In this document: one piece after another, positions 20,001-28,551 of the stretch
Position numbering within the stretch: the first letter of the stretch is position 1
How the letters are laid out: the number at the start of each line of letters is the position of its first letter
From: a virus
Lineage: Duplodnaviria; Caudoviricetes
Length of the DNA: 47,794 bases
Virus record (IMG/VR): IMGVR_UViG_3300037851_000408
Coordinates: 1-47,794 of that record
Reading direction: 5' to 3' (one strand)
The notes under the pieces: model-generated
What the model was told of the DNA's origin: nothing
What the model saw: the letters and a program-made list of their open reading frames with translations, nothing else
Database searches by the model: none
Translations under genes and position numbers: made by a program

Positions 20001-21144
20001 GCGATTTGAGAAAGGCCCTCAAGTGACGCGCCTCAACCAGCCTGCGTGCATTTTGTCTGTTATTGTGATCTTCGCGTTCTCCCTCCAGAAGTTTAAGTGG
20101 TTTCTCAAGGCGTTCGGCTTCTTCCAATATGTCGATTCCTCCCCCGGAAAGGTGCCATGCAGCGTGCCTGCCGCGAGTAGCACGATATGCTTCCTTGCGT
20201 GCTTCTCTTGTTACCTTGATGTCCTCGGCACTTACTGATGCGGGGGCACGGCGTCGTTGGATTTCTTCGCGCTCGGCCTGCGCCAACGCGGTTGCGTCCA
20301 CATGCGTCTGCTGCGCCACCGGCAAGTCGGCTTGCGCTCGTTGCAACCGTTGTTGCTGCTGGGCGAGGCTCTGTTTGTTCCCCTGCTGTTCGTACAGCTT
20401 GATGAGCCGATTGCTGTCCTCGATTTCGCGCTGGAGTTCCTGAACACGTTGTCCCGATTGGACGGCAGTTTGTTGTCGTGGTGTCTGCGTCAACGAATGT
20501 TGAATGGCCTGTTGCGCTTGTTGGACATCCCGCGCCGCTTGCGCCTTCTTGAGTCGGGCTTCGTCAAGCTGCCCCTTGACGACATCGGCCTTTTGGATGA
20601 ACTGATTGACTTCTTCCGGCGGAGTGTGGGGCGCTTTTTGCGCCGCCTTGACGCTGCGATTGGCGCGTTTTTCAGCGCGTTCAAGGTTGGCAACTTCGGA
20701 CACAGCGCGTTGCAGTCGTTCCTTGGCCTGATTCAGTTTGGTCTCGGCGTCACCAATCGACTTCAATACTTGGTCAACATCCCGGCTGATGGACTGCTTG
20801 ATCGCGTTGACCCCGCCGCTTGTGCTGGTGCCGCCAAACAGGTTGACCGAAACCTGACGCGACTTGGCCGCACGGTCGATGGTTTGCTTGGCCTGCTCGA
20901 TTTGTACGGTGACAGCCTGCGTGCCCTTTTCGATTTGCTGTCTGGTCTTGCCTTCGTCGATGGTCACGGTCGGAGTCATGTCCAACCGCGCCCCGGACGC
21001 GCCGGTGTTCCCCGCCGCCCCGCCTCCACCGCCCGCAACTTGGCTCGTCAACGCCCGAACGTCAGCCAGTTGTTTCTGGACGGTTTCCGTCAGCCGTGTT
21101 CCTACGGTGAAATTGACCTTGATGTTCAGTGATGGGCTAGGCAT
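14092..21144 (-). CDS. tape measure-like protein (2350 aa)
   Basis: Longest ORF, follows tail chaperones, coiled-coil rich with a central Gly/hydrophobic segment. Confidence 0.8.
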   Translation of the reverse strand: MPSPSLNIKVNFTVGTRLTETVQKQLADVRALTSQVAGGGGGAAGNTGASGARLDMTPTVTIDEGKTRQQIEKGTQAVTVQIEQAKQTIDRAAKSRQVSVNLFGGTSTSGGVNAIKQSISRDVDQVLKSIGDAETKLNQAKERLQRAVSEVANLERAEKRANRSVKAAQKAPHTPPEEVNQFIQKADVVKGQLDEARLKKAQAARDVQQAQQAIQHSLTQTPRQQTAVQSGQRVQELQREIEDSNRLIKLYEQQGNKQSLAQQQQRLQRAQADLPVAQQTHVDATALAQAEREEIQRRRAPASVSAEDIKVTREARKEAYRATRGRHAAWHLSGGGIDILEEAERLEKPLKLLEGEREDHNNRQNARRLVEARHLRAFLKSQQTGVESRVLQQESTRLPPKPEPQKKPVHQDESRSLRAPWGGGDPLTADSIVKIRSKDFGRSGSHQARVLEVDEQGNANIEITKAPSKSDWKPGQQTKLHSGQLEPVKPPSPPTRQPELTPAAIQPQQKQLHFEKLQQADIQTRDIRDVDFKQRQLLEAEAKVAEKRRRIEELKQKGRHGYQLRMPKKALSTAIQLRDLHKKELEEVGGPVTEQERLISEGREIVKRLEGAGRDVGTHLQGLRSTKAPNFLDPKRSYSLEHYERDQREIRAIEEYQKLSQIKSSVAGLKPQAPLSIVNEQPSQVTELPSGASQAKRNLESLAEVARRQDEAMKRASGTKEKNEIRAEQQRTAGIKEQQQRRLDDETERASKKQEAARLRAEQESRMAEEVKKAREARKEVYRAARGEATASYLSQNNVDVEKAAERLEEPLRPSKGKNKAYIKKQNARRLVEARQLRAYLKSQQTTTVEEPQVGVEPVQLEVPTQAQPTTDVFGERDKKEFDEEQKKRKPKKAAKPPVVPPKKPPKAPPAAPEPEPEPEQRKPISEQGKPISEKGKKQRQLLGLQEPAKLPPVPASASQKTPEELRKLLGLERKPDELAQMIEAENTGRIPPKTVPVPQPEKQKTKLDQIQEGVARQRKEAEERAQAEQIKNQEEAKARTPTPAAPPVRKFTDNEEQLVSGYLNQLREGGGKIKGVTPGVPELFSEAERRYIQEKRANTATAQPTAAEQLAKIENDKPKSKILRDQINKLRTSIGQPSLAEGEQLDPEQVGILRNRAPLIATIRKLGQQVAQLKGKQFEFNPEQRLAASFEELRDEEAGLARTLKRTPYGRREAALNRIDEQRKVVGERPISDSARNAILSSDEDLYQKQLEGLRRFHRRRKQEIEKDARERVRERKTQFYTDVAEGRQGFGAREPTKAEILGDENTRRSEARLREARREASARQNFDRQLLMGQRFGLLFGVSGGFNQIANNLSGEKLPLFGPLSSIIGLGATAAPDLMMKLFGGALGGTGATFGILGALQAGVIASEKRAENGIINRGSGLIDFEANKLGLQGSTAANIFRGQSSLFRSFGIKPDDALAGSREILKNMVTDTASFNTALRASVNLANELGTSLQEAANQIQSSVPKIEGLTPIEQQRLASRAAFRVGLGTREAPQFTPLESSVAELSAFFTRTSVPSKALSDQIAELKAEIDNAGKPITQLSLPDALSRATRNVIQGAVAGSIGTASFFPGGTALASEGIDKALLQSSKDRLIELLKEQEALAKQNLLSLQDTIEDVNAEFKLGNARTFSNRRILKIYDDSARLRQEQQGFDASLLQRQQAADIGDIQAEAATATSFKGVTEAQERLIDKQSQQEIDRFKQGLDFLRQNGAGIDRELENVEDVLQQRREAYPQERIRLAERELKKRQDERAAAVTPEQIAEADSAVAVAEAKVRLYKNPKTEIDEVEFEAQNKDFFERKRQLKLNKESNERDVEQGEKQLKSLSDSNAKYVKDLKDNNKEIRQRQEDFSRLRGLTGYAESDFLTQTTPLKSEQIRLQATESAIDLDFSDDNRQLEIQIGLLDESLKLLRQRTNIKKAENNLNNNIGDQEKQALNQLAENQYKSEETLIEKRKQLLRRQENERQAAIRIQDEQRNTERKRRTDVSQLQSNVEVSQIRATSGIGLTNEQTRGRLSFAANERLQLQKTVFNSFVKERDDVEKQIERERKAGNLDAVRNLGERRDDLNVRIGEEADKLDVEKERVEALKDKQFLESGREDSRDRSRQRRQARQDIRDFKRGDDRKAVEKASEEHEAKLVSSGRLGFSDKSTGDRGIYDKQGPSALQRELLYNELVRKQKERDEQSRKPSKPDDLASVDPAENPEVLITQNDVDKKLSKSASDLSDTSDELWDAGTSLIASSGLLDGSAGKLDAAAQALIAAAGALQNRGGGGGGGGAGAGGGGGVGGGVIPPIGAGDEMIGYNYETNYGMG
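18607..18843. repeat. diverged ~237-bp repeat, copy 1 (copy 2 at 19993-20229)
   Basis: EARKE.YRA.RG...AERLE.PL...QNARRLVEAR.LRA.LKSQQT occurs twice. Confidence 0.9.
19993..20229. repeat. diverged ~237-bp repeat, copy 2
   Basis: Shared blocks such as TGACGCGCCTCAACCAGCCTGCGTGCATTTTGT. Confidence 0.9.
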
Positions 21145-21392
21145 TGGCGCGTCCTCAAGGCTACAAGTTTTTCGATGTCACACATCAATCCTTCGTGTTG
21201 TTGCACCAGTCCATCAAACGTCTTAAAACAAAAGAGCGCGGCGTCAGCGATGCCGACCTCCTTGAGTCGGTCGCCGACGATTCCGCGCTCTGCAAGTTTG
21301 AACAGGATCAGCTTCCGCTCGGAGTCATGGCGGCATTTAGCTCCGATTTCAATTGCTCTTGCGAGAGCAGCGTACTCATGTCCACATTTTTC
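21126..21392 (-). CDS. probable -1 frameshift extension of the tail assembly chaperone (T-like)
   Basis: Open -1 frame without its own RBS fills the gap up to the tape measure. Confidence 0.5.
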   Translation of the reverse strand, partial: EKCGHEYAALARAIEIGAKCRHDSERKLILFKLAERGIVGDRLKEVGIADAALFCFKTFDGLVQQHEGLMCDIEKLVALRTRQCLAHH

Positions 21393-21784
21393 ATCGCCCA
21401 GTACAGGACGCGAATCTCTGGTAGGCTGCATTGTCGGAGCATCCCTTCAATCTGTTCCTTGGTCTGCTTGTCGGACAGTTGCAAGATGGCCAATTCGCGG
21501 CGGAGCTTGTCCCGTTTGGCCGACAGCTTCGCCTTGACCGAGACCGCCTTTTCCACGTCATCCGGCTTGTAGGCAGGTGGAACCCACTCGGTCGGTTTGT
21601 TCTCGGCATCAGATTTCCAAAACCCGCGAATCAGTTTGTCTTGCGATTCAATCCAATCCCACAAGTCGTCCAACTCCGAGAGCTTGACGCGAACCTCGTC
21701 GTCGGATTCGTGCTGGCTGATGACGCGCACTTGCACTTCCGTGTTCCCGATTTTGACGGGAACATACCGATAATCACTGCCCAT
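21308..21784 (-). CDS. tail assembly chaperone (G-like)
   Basis: GGAGG RBS; lies between tail tube region and tape measure. Confidence 0.6.
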   Translation of the reverse strand: MGSDYRYVPVKIGNTEVQVRVISQHESDDEVRVKLSELDDLWDWIESQDKLIRGFWKSDAENKPTEWVPPAYKPDDVEKAVSVKAKLSAKRDKLRRELAILQLSDKQTKEQIEGMLRQCSLPEIRVLYWAMKNVDMSTLLSQEQLKSELNAAMTPSGS

Positions 21785-21795
21785 ATCTTCCTCCA

Positions 21796-22155
21796 TCAAT
21801 TTGAATAACACCTGATTTCAACAAGACAGGCGGCGGTGTTTGCACTCATGTGAAGCGTTGCTCCACCAGTCAAGCGCAACAAGGCCGGTTCCCCTGCTTT
21901 CATTTGACCCAAATATGCGCCTGACGCATGGGAATACTCAACATAATTTGTCGAATCAAGGTTTTTCATGATGATGAACCCCGGAGTTGCGACATCGTCG
22001 AAACTCACGGTTTCGTCACTGGTGCCGATAGACAGCACCTTGATGGAAAACGCATCGCCAGCCACGTCAACCTGCTTGGAGATTGTACGTTGGGCGTCCT
22101 GCGCCCCGCCCTTTGAGAACGAGGCGCTGGCCGAGACTGTCAGTTCATTGGCCAT
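21796..22155 (-). CDS. small virion structural protein
   Basis: Beta-rich MANELTV...IMKNLDSTNYVE. Confidence 0.65.
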   Translation of the reverse strand: MANELTVSASASFSKGGAQDAQRTISKQVDVAGDAFSIKVLSIGTSDETVSFDDVATPGFIIMKNLDSTNYVEYSHASGAYLGQMKAGEPALLRLTGGATLHMSANTAACLVEIRCYSN

Positions 22156-22157
22156 GA

Positions 22158-22556
22158 TTATGAGCCAGAAGCCGGAGTGTGCGCTCCGCCAACTCCAGAC
22201 ACCGTGAACAGTTCCACGTTGTCCCAGTCGGCTCCTCCCTTTTGCACCTGCCCGAACGAGCAATTCGAGACCTTGCGGTTCGAGTTGGCACCGATGGGCG
22301 CGATGATGCGGAAGTAGAAGTCGTCGTCGGTCTGGTTGGCCAACAGATCGGCTTGGTTGATGTCGCGGAACGTCACCACCACGTTGCACCGACGCAAGCC
22401 GGGCAGGTTGATGGTGTAATCCAAATCGTTGTCCGTTCCGTCCTGAAACTGGTTTTCAGTCGGATTCACGGCCACCGATTTGACCGAGGTCAATGGTGTC
22501 CCGGCGATTCCAAACTTCACGTTGTCCACATTGCGATATACATTTGCAGCAGGCAT
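22158..22556 (-). CDS. putative tail tube protein
   Basis: Strong AAGGAGG RBS, beta-rich, synteny. Confidence 0.55.
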   Translation of the reverse strand: MPAANVYRNVDNVKFGIAGTPLTSVKSVAVNPTENQFQDGTDNDLDYTINLPGLRRCNVVVTFRDINQADLLANQTDDDFYFRIIAPIGANSNRKVSNCSFGQVQKGGADWDNVELFTVSGVGGAHTPASGS

Positions 22557-22577
22557 GTCATTCCTCCTTGTTTGTTT

Positions 22578-23066
22578 TTACACGGTCACTTCAATAGAAG
22601 TCCCCGTGTCGATTGTTTTACCGTCAAAAAACGAAAGTTCCTTCTCGACCCACGCTGGCAGACCGGCTTCGATCTTCCTGATGGCTTCGGGCGTGATGCC
22701 GATAAATGGTCGCTCCTGCTGTTGGTAGCGGTGCTTGCGCGTGGACGCAATACCAACCAGCGCCGAGGTTGTCATTGGCGTGTCCCCGGACTGTTTTAAT
22801 TCCTGAATCATCAACCCGTACCGCAGGCGCGGCACTTCCGGCGACGATAGACCGAGTCGCTTTTTCTTCTCGATGGTGCTGTCTTTTAGCGGCTTCACCG
22901 GCAAGGTGAACAGTTCCGCCTCGGACGTGGCTTCCGATGATGGAAATTGTTGCTGCTTGGGGAAAATCATCGACGCCATTTCGTCGGCCACAACGCGGGT
23001 CGCGTTGGCCAGAATCTTCGGGCCTGCTTCCACGGCGAATAAAACGTCAGCCTCAAAAAGCGTCAT
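22578..23066 (-). CDS. virion morphogenesis/tail completion protein
   Basis: PLKDSTIEKK and RPFIGIT motifs typical of the Mu gpG/P2 S-like family. Confidence 0.65.
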   Translation of the reverse strand: MTLFEADVLFAVEAGPKILANATRVVADEMASMIFPKQQQFPSSEATSEAELFTLPVKPLKDSTIEKKKRLGLSSPEVPRLRYGLMIQELKQSGDTPMTTSALVGIASTRKHRYQQQERPFIGITPEAIRKIEAGLPAWVEKELSFFDGKTIDTGTSIEVTV

Positions 23067-23521
23067 GGCCGTTCCTCCGCGTAGAAACAACTGAATACAG
23101 CCATCACCGAACCAAACGGAATGGCCAGATTGGTTTCGGGCGATTGCGTTTTCAAGTATTTGATCGGCGAAACATCATCGTGCAGTTTTTGGTTTTCCAA
23201 TGCCAACTTGGCCTTGATGGCTGTCTCGATGGTTTCGGAATCCTTGACCCGTAACGCCTCCATTGTGATGTCGCCGTTCGCCGGTGCTTGGTCGCCATGA
23301 ATCAACACACCAAAAACGACCCCCGACAGCATGGCGTCGAAGTCCTGCGATGTCTGCCCTTCTTCCATCAGGATCACAAAGGCAGCCGGTCGCTCGATCA
23401 TGTCCAATGCTTGCGGAAGCATCCGACCGCGACCGACAAAGTGAAAATACGGCGAACTGTCATCGTCGTTGACAGCTTGCAGTGTTTCCACCACGGCATC
23501 CAATAGTTCGTTGATAATCAT
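23063..23521 (-). CDS. putative tail terminator/neck protein
   Basis: Synteny, size, RPAAFV motif. Confidence 0.5.
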   Translation of the reverse strand: MIINELLDAVVETLQAVNDDDSSPYFHFVGRGRMLPQALDMIERPAAFVILMEEGQTSQDFDAMLSGVVFGVLIHGDQAPANGDITMEALRVKDSETIETAIKAKLALENQKLHDDVSPIKYLKTQSPETNLAIPFGSVMAVFSCFYAEERP

Positions 23522-23811
23522 GAGCCTGTCGCGTAGGTGCTGTTGTCTGCGCCCAGCGGGTCAACCGATATGGCAATCGGTTGGTTGCCGCCAGACGGCA
23601 TTTGTTCCAGTTCTTCCTTGATGACCTTCAATCGACTGTCGATCTGCTCCAAGATTTGAGACCCGTAATGGCGGTCAGCCTCTTGTCCTGTGTCCACATA
23701 GCGGTACGCCTGTTTCGAGTTGGTCAGGTCCGCCTGAATCGAGCGGCGCTGTATTTCAAGCGCCGCTCGTTCCGATAGCAGTTCTGATTGGCGTTCCGCA
23801 ATGGCACTCAT
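23518..23811 (-). CDS. head-tail adaptor-like protein
   Basis: Coupled to the capsid stop; helix-hairpin-helix pattern as in gpW-like proteins. Confidence 0.5.
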   Translation of the reverse strand: MSAIAERQSELLSERAALEIQRRSIQADLTNSKQAYRYVDTGQEADRHYGSQILEQIDSRLKVIKEELEQMPSGGNQPIAISVDPLGADNSTYATGS

Positions 23812-26063
23812 CAGCTTGCGCCAGCCGTGTTCTTCTCGACGTATTTGTTGTCCAGAGCAACAATGAAGCTCCAGTATTCGCATTTCACCCCGGCCACTTG
23901 GTCGGTGATTGTCGCCTGCACTTCGGCTTGCGGAATCTGCACGACCTCAAACGGGATGAGTTGTTTTTCGATGTACTGTTTCTTCCAGCCGCGCTCGCTG
24001 CCCATGTACCATGTCGTTTCGCTGTACGAGTCGAGATACTTGCTGGACAAAACGATGGTGCCGTTCAGGCTGGAACGGAATCGTTGAATCTTCGCGCCGC
24101 TGTTCATGCGTTCCTCAATCTCGGTCAGGTTGACCAAGTGCGACGCCGTGAAGTTCAACGCCCACGGAACCACGATGATGAGCGGACGGGCGAGGTTGGC
24201 CGCCAAGAAGCGACCATTCTCATCGACTTGAGCGCCGAGTTCCAAGGCCGACGCTTCGAGGTTCGTCCAGTCTGCGAGCGGGTTGTTGTTGACCGTGTTG
24301 GCCGCCACGAAAATATCCGAGGCGACGCCGCTGGGGCGATAGCTCTGGACACCGCCAAACTCGAAGATGCCCTTGAGTCGGGTGACTTCGAGATCAATGG
24401 CTGCTTCCTCGCCAACCGAATTGGCGCGGCGCATCACTTGACCGGTGGCGTCCTGAATGATTTCCTCGCGGCTGACCGCCACGATGACCGCACGCTTGGC
24501 CGGGAACGTCGCCGGGTCGGTGACGTACTTCTCGGACATGGTCGCGTGGTTGGGCGTGCCCAATTCGGCGACGTTGCCCATCACGCCGGGAGCCGTCATG
24601 CCGCCGTAGGTCTCGGTCGGTTTTGCTGAACGGTACGGGCTGAACAACCGTGTGGAAATCATGCCCTCGCTGGTAATGTCGTAGGCTTCGATCATCACCC
24701 CCGACAGCAACGCGCCGTTGATGGTGGAGAAGGATGTGGTGTCCAGCGCGGCTTCCTTGACTTCGCGCTCCGAGCGGACCCGCCTGCCGGTGCAGACCTC
24801 GAACAAGTCTTTGAGGCTGTATCCGATGGCGTTTTCCATCACCATCTTGCGGAGTTGTCGGGTTTGCTGGTCGCGGAACCGGCTGTTTCCGATGCGCCCC
24901 AACGCGGACGCGGAAAACTTCTCCGACATCTGGATGTCGCGGGATGCGGCGGAACCAACGCCCGTGCTCATGCTTTCGATGACCGAGATCAGTCCGCGCT
25001 CGGTGACGCTCTCAATCGCGGATTCCATTGTGTCGAGCTTGACTCCAGTAGTGCGCCGTTGCTCGTCATTTTCATGCGTGCCACCGGCTCCCTCAACCAC
25101 TGGTTTATGAGCAGCCAACCAATCTTTGTGCTCGTCAATGAACGACTCGATTTTCCCTTCCTCGCAGGTTTCCAAGACCGTCCGCAAGCTGGACGGAATA
25201 TCATTCGCGTCGAGCTTCTTGGCGGCAATCTTTTCGGCCACAATGTTCTGCCGTTTCGCCTTGGCGGTCTGACTGGCCGATTCGGCGGCGGCTTTCAACT
25301 GTGGGTCGATCTGTGCAAGCAGTTGTTTGCCGTGTTCTTCCAACATGGCTTGGACTTCTTCTTTTGTCATGGCTGTTTCCTCCTTGGTTTCCTTGGTTAA
25401 ATCAGGCGGGGTATTGTCCTCGTTTGCTGATTCAAAAACATTCGTCGTCGAACCGCTGGCCTCAACGAAATCTATTGATGGGTTTCGTTTGACCTTGGAG
25501 ATGGAATCGAACACTTCGACTCCATTGGTGTTGTCGAAATAGGTGTGACACGCCGGAAGATAAACGGAAAACCCGAACTGGTCCGCCCCTTGTTCGATCA
25601 ATTCAATGACTTCATCCTTCTTGGTTGGCCTCACGTGAAGGTCGCCGCGCACCATCGGCGAGCCATTTTCGTTGACCACGCGCAGGTTTTTGAACTTGCC
25701 GTAGGAATCGCGGGGGGAACGAAACTTGGATGCGCCGGTTGTGGGGTCAACATCTGGATGAAAAGGGAAACACATCGAGTTGTTGCACGACTCGGCTATT
25801 TGCTTGTGGAATCCCTCGGCGTAGTGCCTGCCCTGATCGGAAACGTAATAATTGCCCTTGCGCGGAGGCCCGAAAATGGCCACGTCATGAACCACGCCCT
25901 TCTCCCGGTCAACACGGAACGCCGACAGCCTCGCCTGCTCGATGACAAACGTGGTAGCCCCGTCCTTCTTGGTCGGTTGGCTGTCTTTCTTCTGTTCTCC
26001 CGCGCCGTCATGGGACGCTTCTTCTAGGACTGGATTGGTTGTTGTGCGAGCGTGTTTAGGCAT
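23811..26063 (-). CDS. fused prohead protease-scaffold-major capsid protein
   Basis: N-terminal GRHY..HP..GFS..SIDFV protease-like region, charged linker, C-terminal Mu gpT-like capsid (VSREEIIQD, LIIVVP, TTWYMG). Confidence 0.8.
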   Translation of the reverse strand: MPKHARTTTNPVLEEASHDGAGEQKKDSQPTKKDGATTFVIEQARLSAFRVDREKGVVHDVAIFGPPRKGNYYVSDQGRHYAEGFHKQIAESCNNSMCFPFHPDVDPTTGASKFRSPRDSYGKFKNLRVVNENGSPMVRGDLHVRPTKKDEVIELIEQGADQFGFSVYLPACHTYFDNTNGVEVFDSISKVKRNPSIDFVEASGSTTNVFESANEDNTPPDLTKETKEETAMTKEEVQAMLEEHGKQLLAQIDPQLKAAAESASQTAKAKRQNIVAEKIAAKKLDANDIPSSLRTVLETCEEGKIESFIDEHKDWLAAHKPVVEGAGGTHENDEQRRTTGVKLDTMESAIESVTERGLISVIESMSTGVGSAASRDIQMSEKFSASALGRIGNSRFRDQQTRQLRKMVMENAIGYSLKDLFEVCTGRRVRSEREVKEAALDTTSFSTINGALLSGVMIEAYDITSEGMISTRLFSPYRSAKPTETYGGMTAPGVMGNVAELGTPNHATMSEKYVTDPATFPAKRAVIVAVSREEIIQDATGQVMRRANSVGEEAAIDLEVTRLKGIFEFGGVQSYRPSGVASDIFVAANTVNNNPLADWTNLEASALELGAQVDENGRFLAANLARPLIIVVPWALNFTASHLVNLTEIEERMNSGAKIQRFRSSLNGTIVLSSKYLDSYSETTWYMGSERGWKKQYIEKQLIPFEVVQIPQAEVQATITDQVAGVKCEYWSFIVALDNKYVEKNTAGAS

Positions 26064-26110
26064 GGCGACACTTCTGTTCACCAATCCCAATACCGGATTT
26101 CTTCAAGTTT

Positions 26111-26458
26111 TCACTTCACACGTACTTTGGCTGACTCGCGCATACGGAACAACCGAATCCAAACCGCGTTGGGCGTGATGCCAACAATGGCTGCTATCTC
26201 TTTGCCGCCAAGACGGTTGTGATAATGAAGTCGCAATATCCTCAAGTTGATTTCGTCGTTGCCAGCCGCCTCGAACATGGCATCAACAAACTCGGCAATT
26301 TGTTTTCTGGATGGCATGATGAAAACCTCACTGCTTTGGATTGGTTCTTGTTCGTGTTGTTGACGATACAGCGACCTCTGAAACTCGCTCGCCGCGCCTG
26401 CGTCGCTCACGACCGATGATGGACAACCGAGTGCGTGCTCATACACAACCCGCGACAT
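26111..26458 (-). CDS. sigma70 region 4-like HTH protein
   Basis: ILRLHY...GKEIAAIVGITPNAVWIRLFR. Confidence 0.75.
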   Translation of the reverse strand: MSRVVYEHALGCPSSVVSDAGAASEFQRSLYRQQHEQEPIQSSEVFIMPSRKQIAEFVDAMFEAAGNDEINLRILRLHYHNRLGGKEIAAIVGITPNAVWIRLFRMRESAKVRVK

Positions 26459-27266
26459 TGACAACCTCCTTGTAGTGTTCGGATAACGCTCCATTGGCGA
26501 AGAATGGTGCCCCGCCGTTGCAAATGCGCTTGATCGGGAATCGCCCGTTGAGCGACGGCGAGCACGTAATTTTCATGTAGTCGTTCAGCTTCTCCGGGTC
26601 TTTGGATTCCAGCGCATCACGGTAGGCGCTCAACCCATCGTGAACGAAAGTGAACGGCGTTTCCATTGCGAACAGGGCCGGTATCAATTTGTTGATGCAA
26701 AATCCCAACCGACAGTCTGAACCCCGGTATTGCAGCATCTCCATATCGTGACCGCCAACAGCGCGAATCGCCGCCAATGGAGCGCACCACAGGGCACCCC
26801 AAGTCAGTCCGAGGCTCGGCGGCAAGATGCTCAAACCCGGTTTGCACCATTTCGTTCGCTGATCGCGGACGGTGGTTCCTTCGCTGACATACACGATTTC
26901 ACCGTAGAGCAACAGATTGTCATGGTCGCAATGCCGCAGCCAGTCAAACCAGCCGTGGGCCATCACCCCGTCATCATCCATACTGATGAAATAATCGCCA
27001 CGCGCTTCTTTGAACATGATATTTTGCGCGAGGGCGCTGGTCCGCCTCATCAGGTTGCGCTGGCACTGAAACACGCGCACCGGACACGGCGGGGTCCGGT
27101 CATGGACAAGATCGCACGCCGCGTCGAGCGTGTCATCGTCGCTGCCGTCATCGACAACGATGATCTCGCAGTCATCGAGGTTTTGGTTGATGATGCTTTT
27201 CCATAGGCAAGCATGACGCCACGCGGGGGCGCGATTGTAGGTTGAGATTCCGATGGTGTATTTCAT
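26439..27266 (-). CDS. GT2 glycosyltransferase
   Basis: ISTYNR, EIIVVDDGSDD, SMDDD, VGGHD..YRGSD. Confidence 0.9.
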   Translation of the reverse strand: MKYTIGISTYNRAPAWRHACLWKSIINQNLDDCEIIVVDDGSDDDTLDAACDLVHDRTPPCPVRVFQCQRNLMRRTSALAQNIMFKEARGDYFISMDDDGVMAHGWFDWLRHCDHDNLLLYGEIVYVSEGTTVRDQRTKWCKPGLSILPPSLGLTWGALWCAPLAAIRAVGGHDMEMLQYRGSDCRLGFCINKLIPALFAMETPFTFVHDGLSAYRDALESKDPEKLNDYMKITCSPSLNGRFPIKRICNGGAPFFANGALSEHYKEVVNVAGCV

Positions 27267-27868
27267 GGTTTTTTGAAGGCGATTAAAGACCCCACGCGCC
27301 CTATCAGTTTCCACAGGTGACGGACGGCGGCTTCGTCGATGGCGGCTTTCATCTCTGGAAACTTCTTGTCGGGGTCGTCATAATCGTGGAAGGCAATGAT
27401 GCCGCCCGGCTTCACCAATGGAAGCCACTCCTCCAATTCTTGATACAGGTGTTTGCGCTTGTGATCGGTGTCGATGAACAGGAATCCCACCTGCCATTCG
27501 TGAAACAGAAGCCATCTTGGGGCTTTGCGCGAGTCGCCCGTCCACAGGTACGGCATCGGTTCCAGCTTCAAGCGATACCAAGCCTCCGTCACCTTGTCCG
27601 GTGTTGTTCCGTGCATTTCGGCGTACTTCCACCAGTCGATGCAGAGCACGGGGTTCCCAAGTTCGTTGGCGGCGCTGGCAATCACAAACCCGCTGCGGCC
27701 ACAGAACGTCCCAAGCTCCACGGCCCACGACATCGCATCCATCCCGCTTGCGAGTTGGTACAGATACGCCGTTTCTTCACTGCTGATCTGGCCGGTGGGG
27801 CGAACGTGGCCATCCGCCGTTTTCAGCCCGATTGTCTTTGCCGCCTTGAGAACGTGTTCTATTGACAT
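27263..27868 (-). CDS. class I SAM methyltransferase (Methyltransf_24-like)
   Basis: VELGTFCGRS, FLFIDTDH, VKPGGIIAFHDY. Confidence 0.9.
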   Translation of the reverse strand: MSIEHVLKAAKTIGLKTADGHVRPTGQISSEETAYLYQLASGMDAMSWAVELGTFCGRSGFVIASAANELGNPVLCIDWWKYAEMHGTTPDKVTEAWYRLKLEPMPYLWTGDSRKAPRWLLFHEWQVGFLFIDTDHKRKHLYQELEEWLPLVKPGGIIAFHDYDDPDKKFPEMKAAIDEAAVRHLWKLIGRVGSLIAFKKP

Positions 27869-28551
27869 TGGTGCATCCTCCACGGTGATAGAAGTTTGAC
27901 GATTTTGGTGTGCAGGGCGTCGTCACCAAACCCAAACTTCTTGTAAAGTTCCTCCGAGACCGCCTGTTGTTGCAACCAGCGCGTCTTGCGGCTGATGGCC
28001 ACGCACGGAATCGACTGCGTTTGGGTCAGCACGGCAAAGAACGGGTCAGCATAGTTGGGAACCGGAAAATCGCGCATCGAGCATTTGATGCGACCGGCGC
28101 GGACGGCAATGGAATTGGTGGCAAGCAAATGGCAACACACGTCCTGCGTCAGCGACTCTTGGAAATTGATCTTGCTTCTGTCTTTGTAATAGCTGGTCAC
28201 CGGTTCCTTGATCCACACACCGTGCAGCCCGACCACCGGCCTGCCTTTGTAGTGATCAAGCCGCTCGTTCATCCGCTCGGCGTAATCGGGCGGGTAGATG
28301 ATGTCGTCATCGCAGATGAAAATGGTGCCATGCACAATCTTGTCCAACCACCAGAACTTCCCGGCGTCGCCATGATTTTTCCCGTGAATGGCGTATGAAA
28401 CTTTCGGGTGATGGAGAAAGTCGGGCACTTCCGTGTATTCGTTGAGATACACGCGCACTTCGTCCATCTGCGGCAAGAGGCTTTTTACGGTAACTTCAAG
28501 TTGATCTCGCCGCTTGGGGTAAGTGGCCAAGCAGGCTGTATTGGTCGTCAT
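27859..28551 (-). CDS. GT-A fold glycosyltransferase
   Basis: ATYPKR, GDAGKF, CDDDIIYPPDY. Confidence 0.85.
   Translation of the reverse strand: MTTNTACLATYPKRRDQLEVTVKSLLPQMDEVRVYLNEYTEVPDFLHHPKVSYAIHGKNHGDAGKFWWLDKIVHGTIFICDDDIIYPPDYAERMNERLDHYKGRPVVGLHGVWIKEPVTSYYKDRSKINFQESLTQDVCCHLLATNSIAVRAGRIKCSMRDFPVPNYADPFFAVLTQTQSIPCVAISRKTRWLQQQAVSEELYKKFGFGDDALHTKIVKLLSPWRMHQCQ

Noticed and set aside
18607-20229. DGR-like repeat pair in the tape measure
   Set aside because: Both copies are in frame in one ORF, mismatches involve all bases, no reverse transcriptase.
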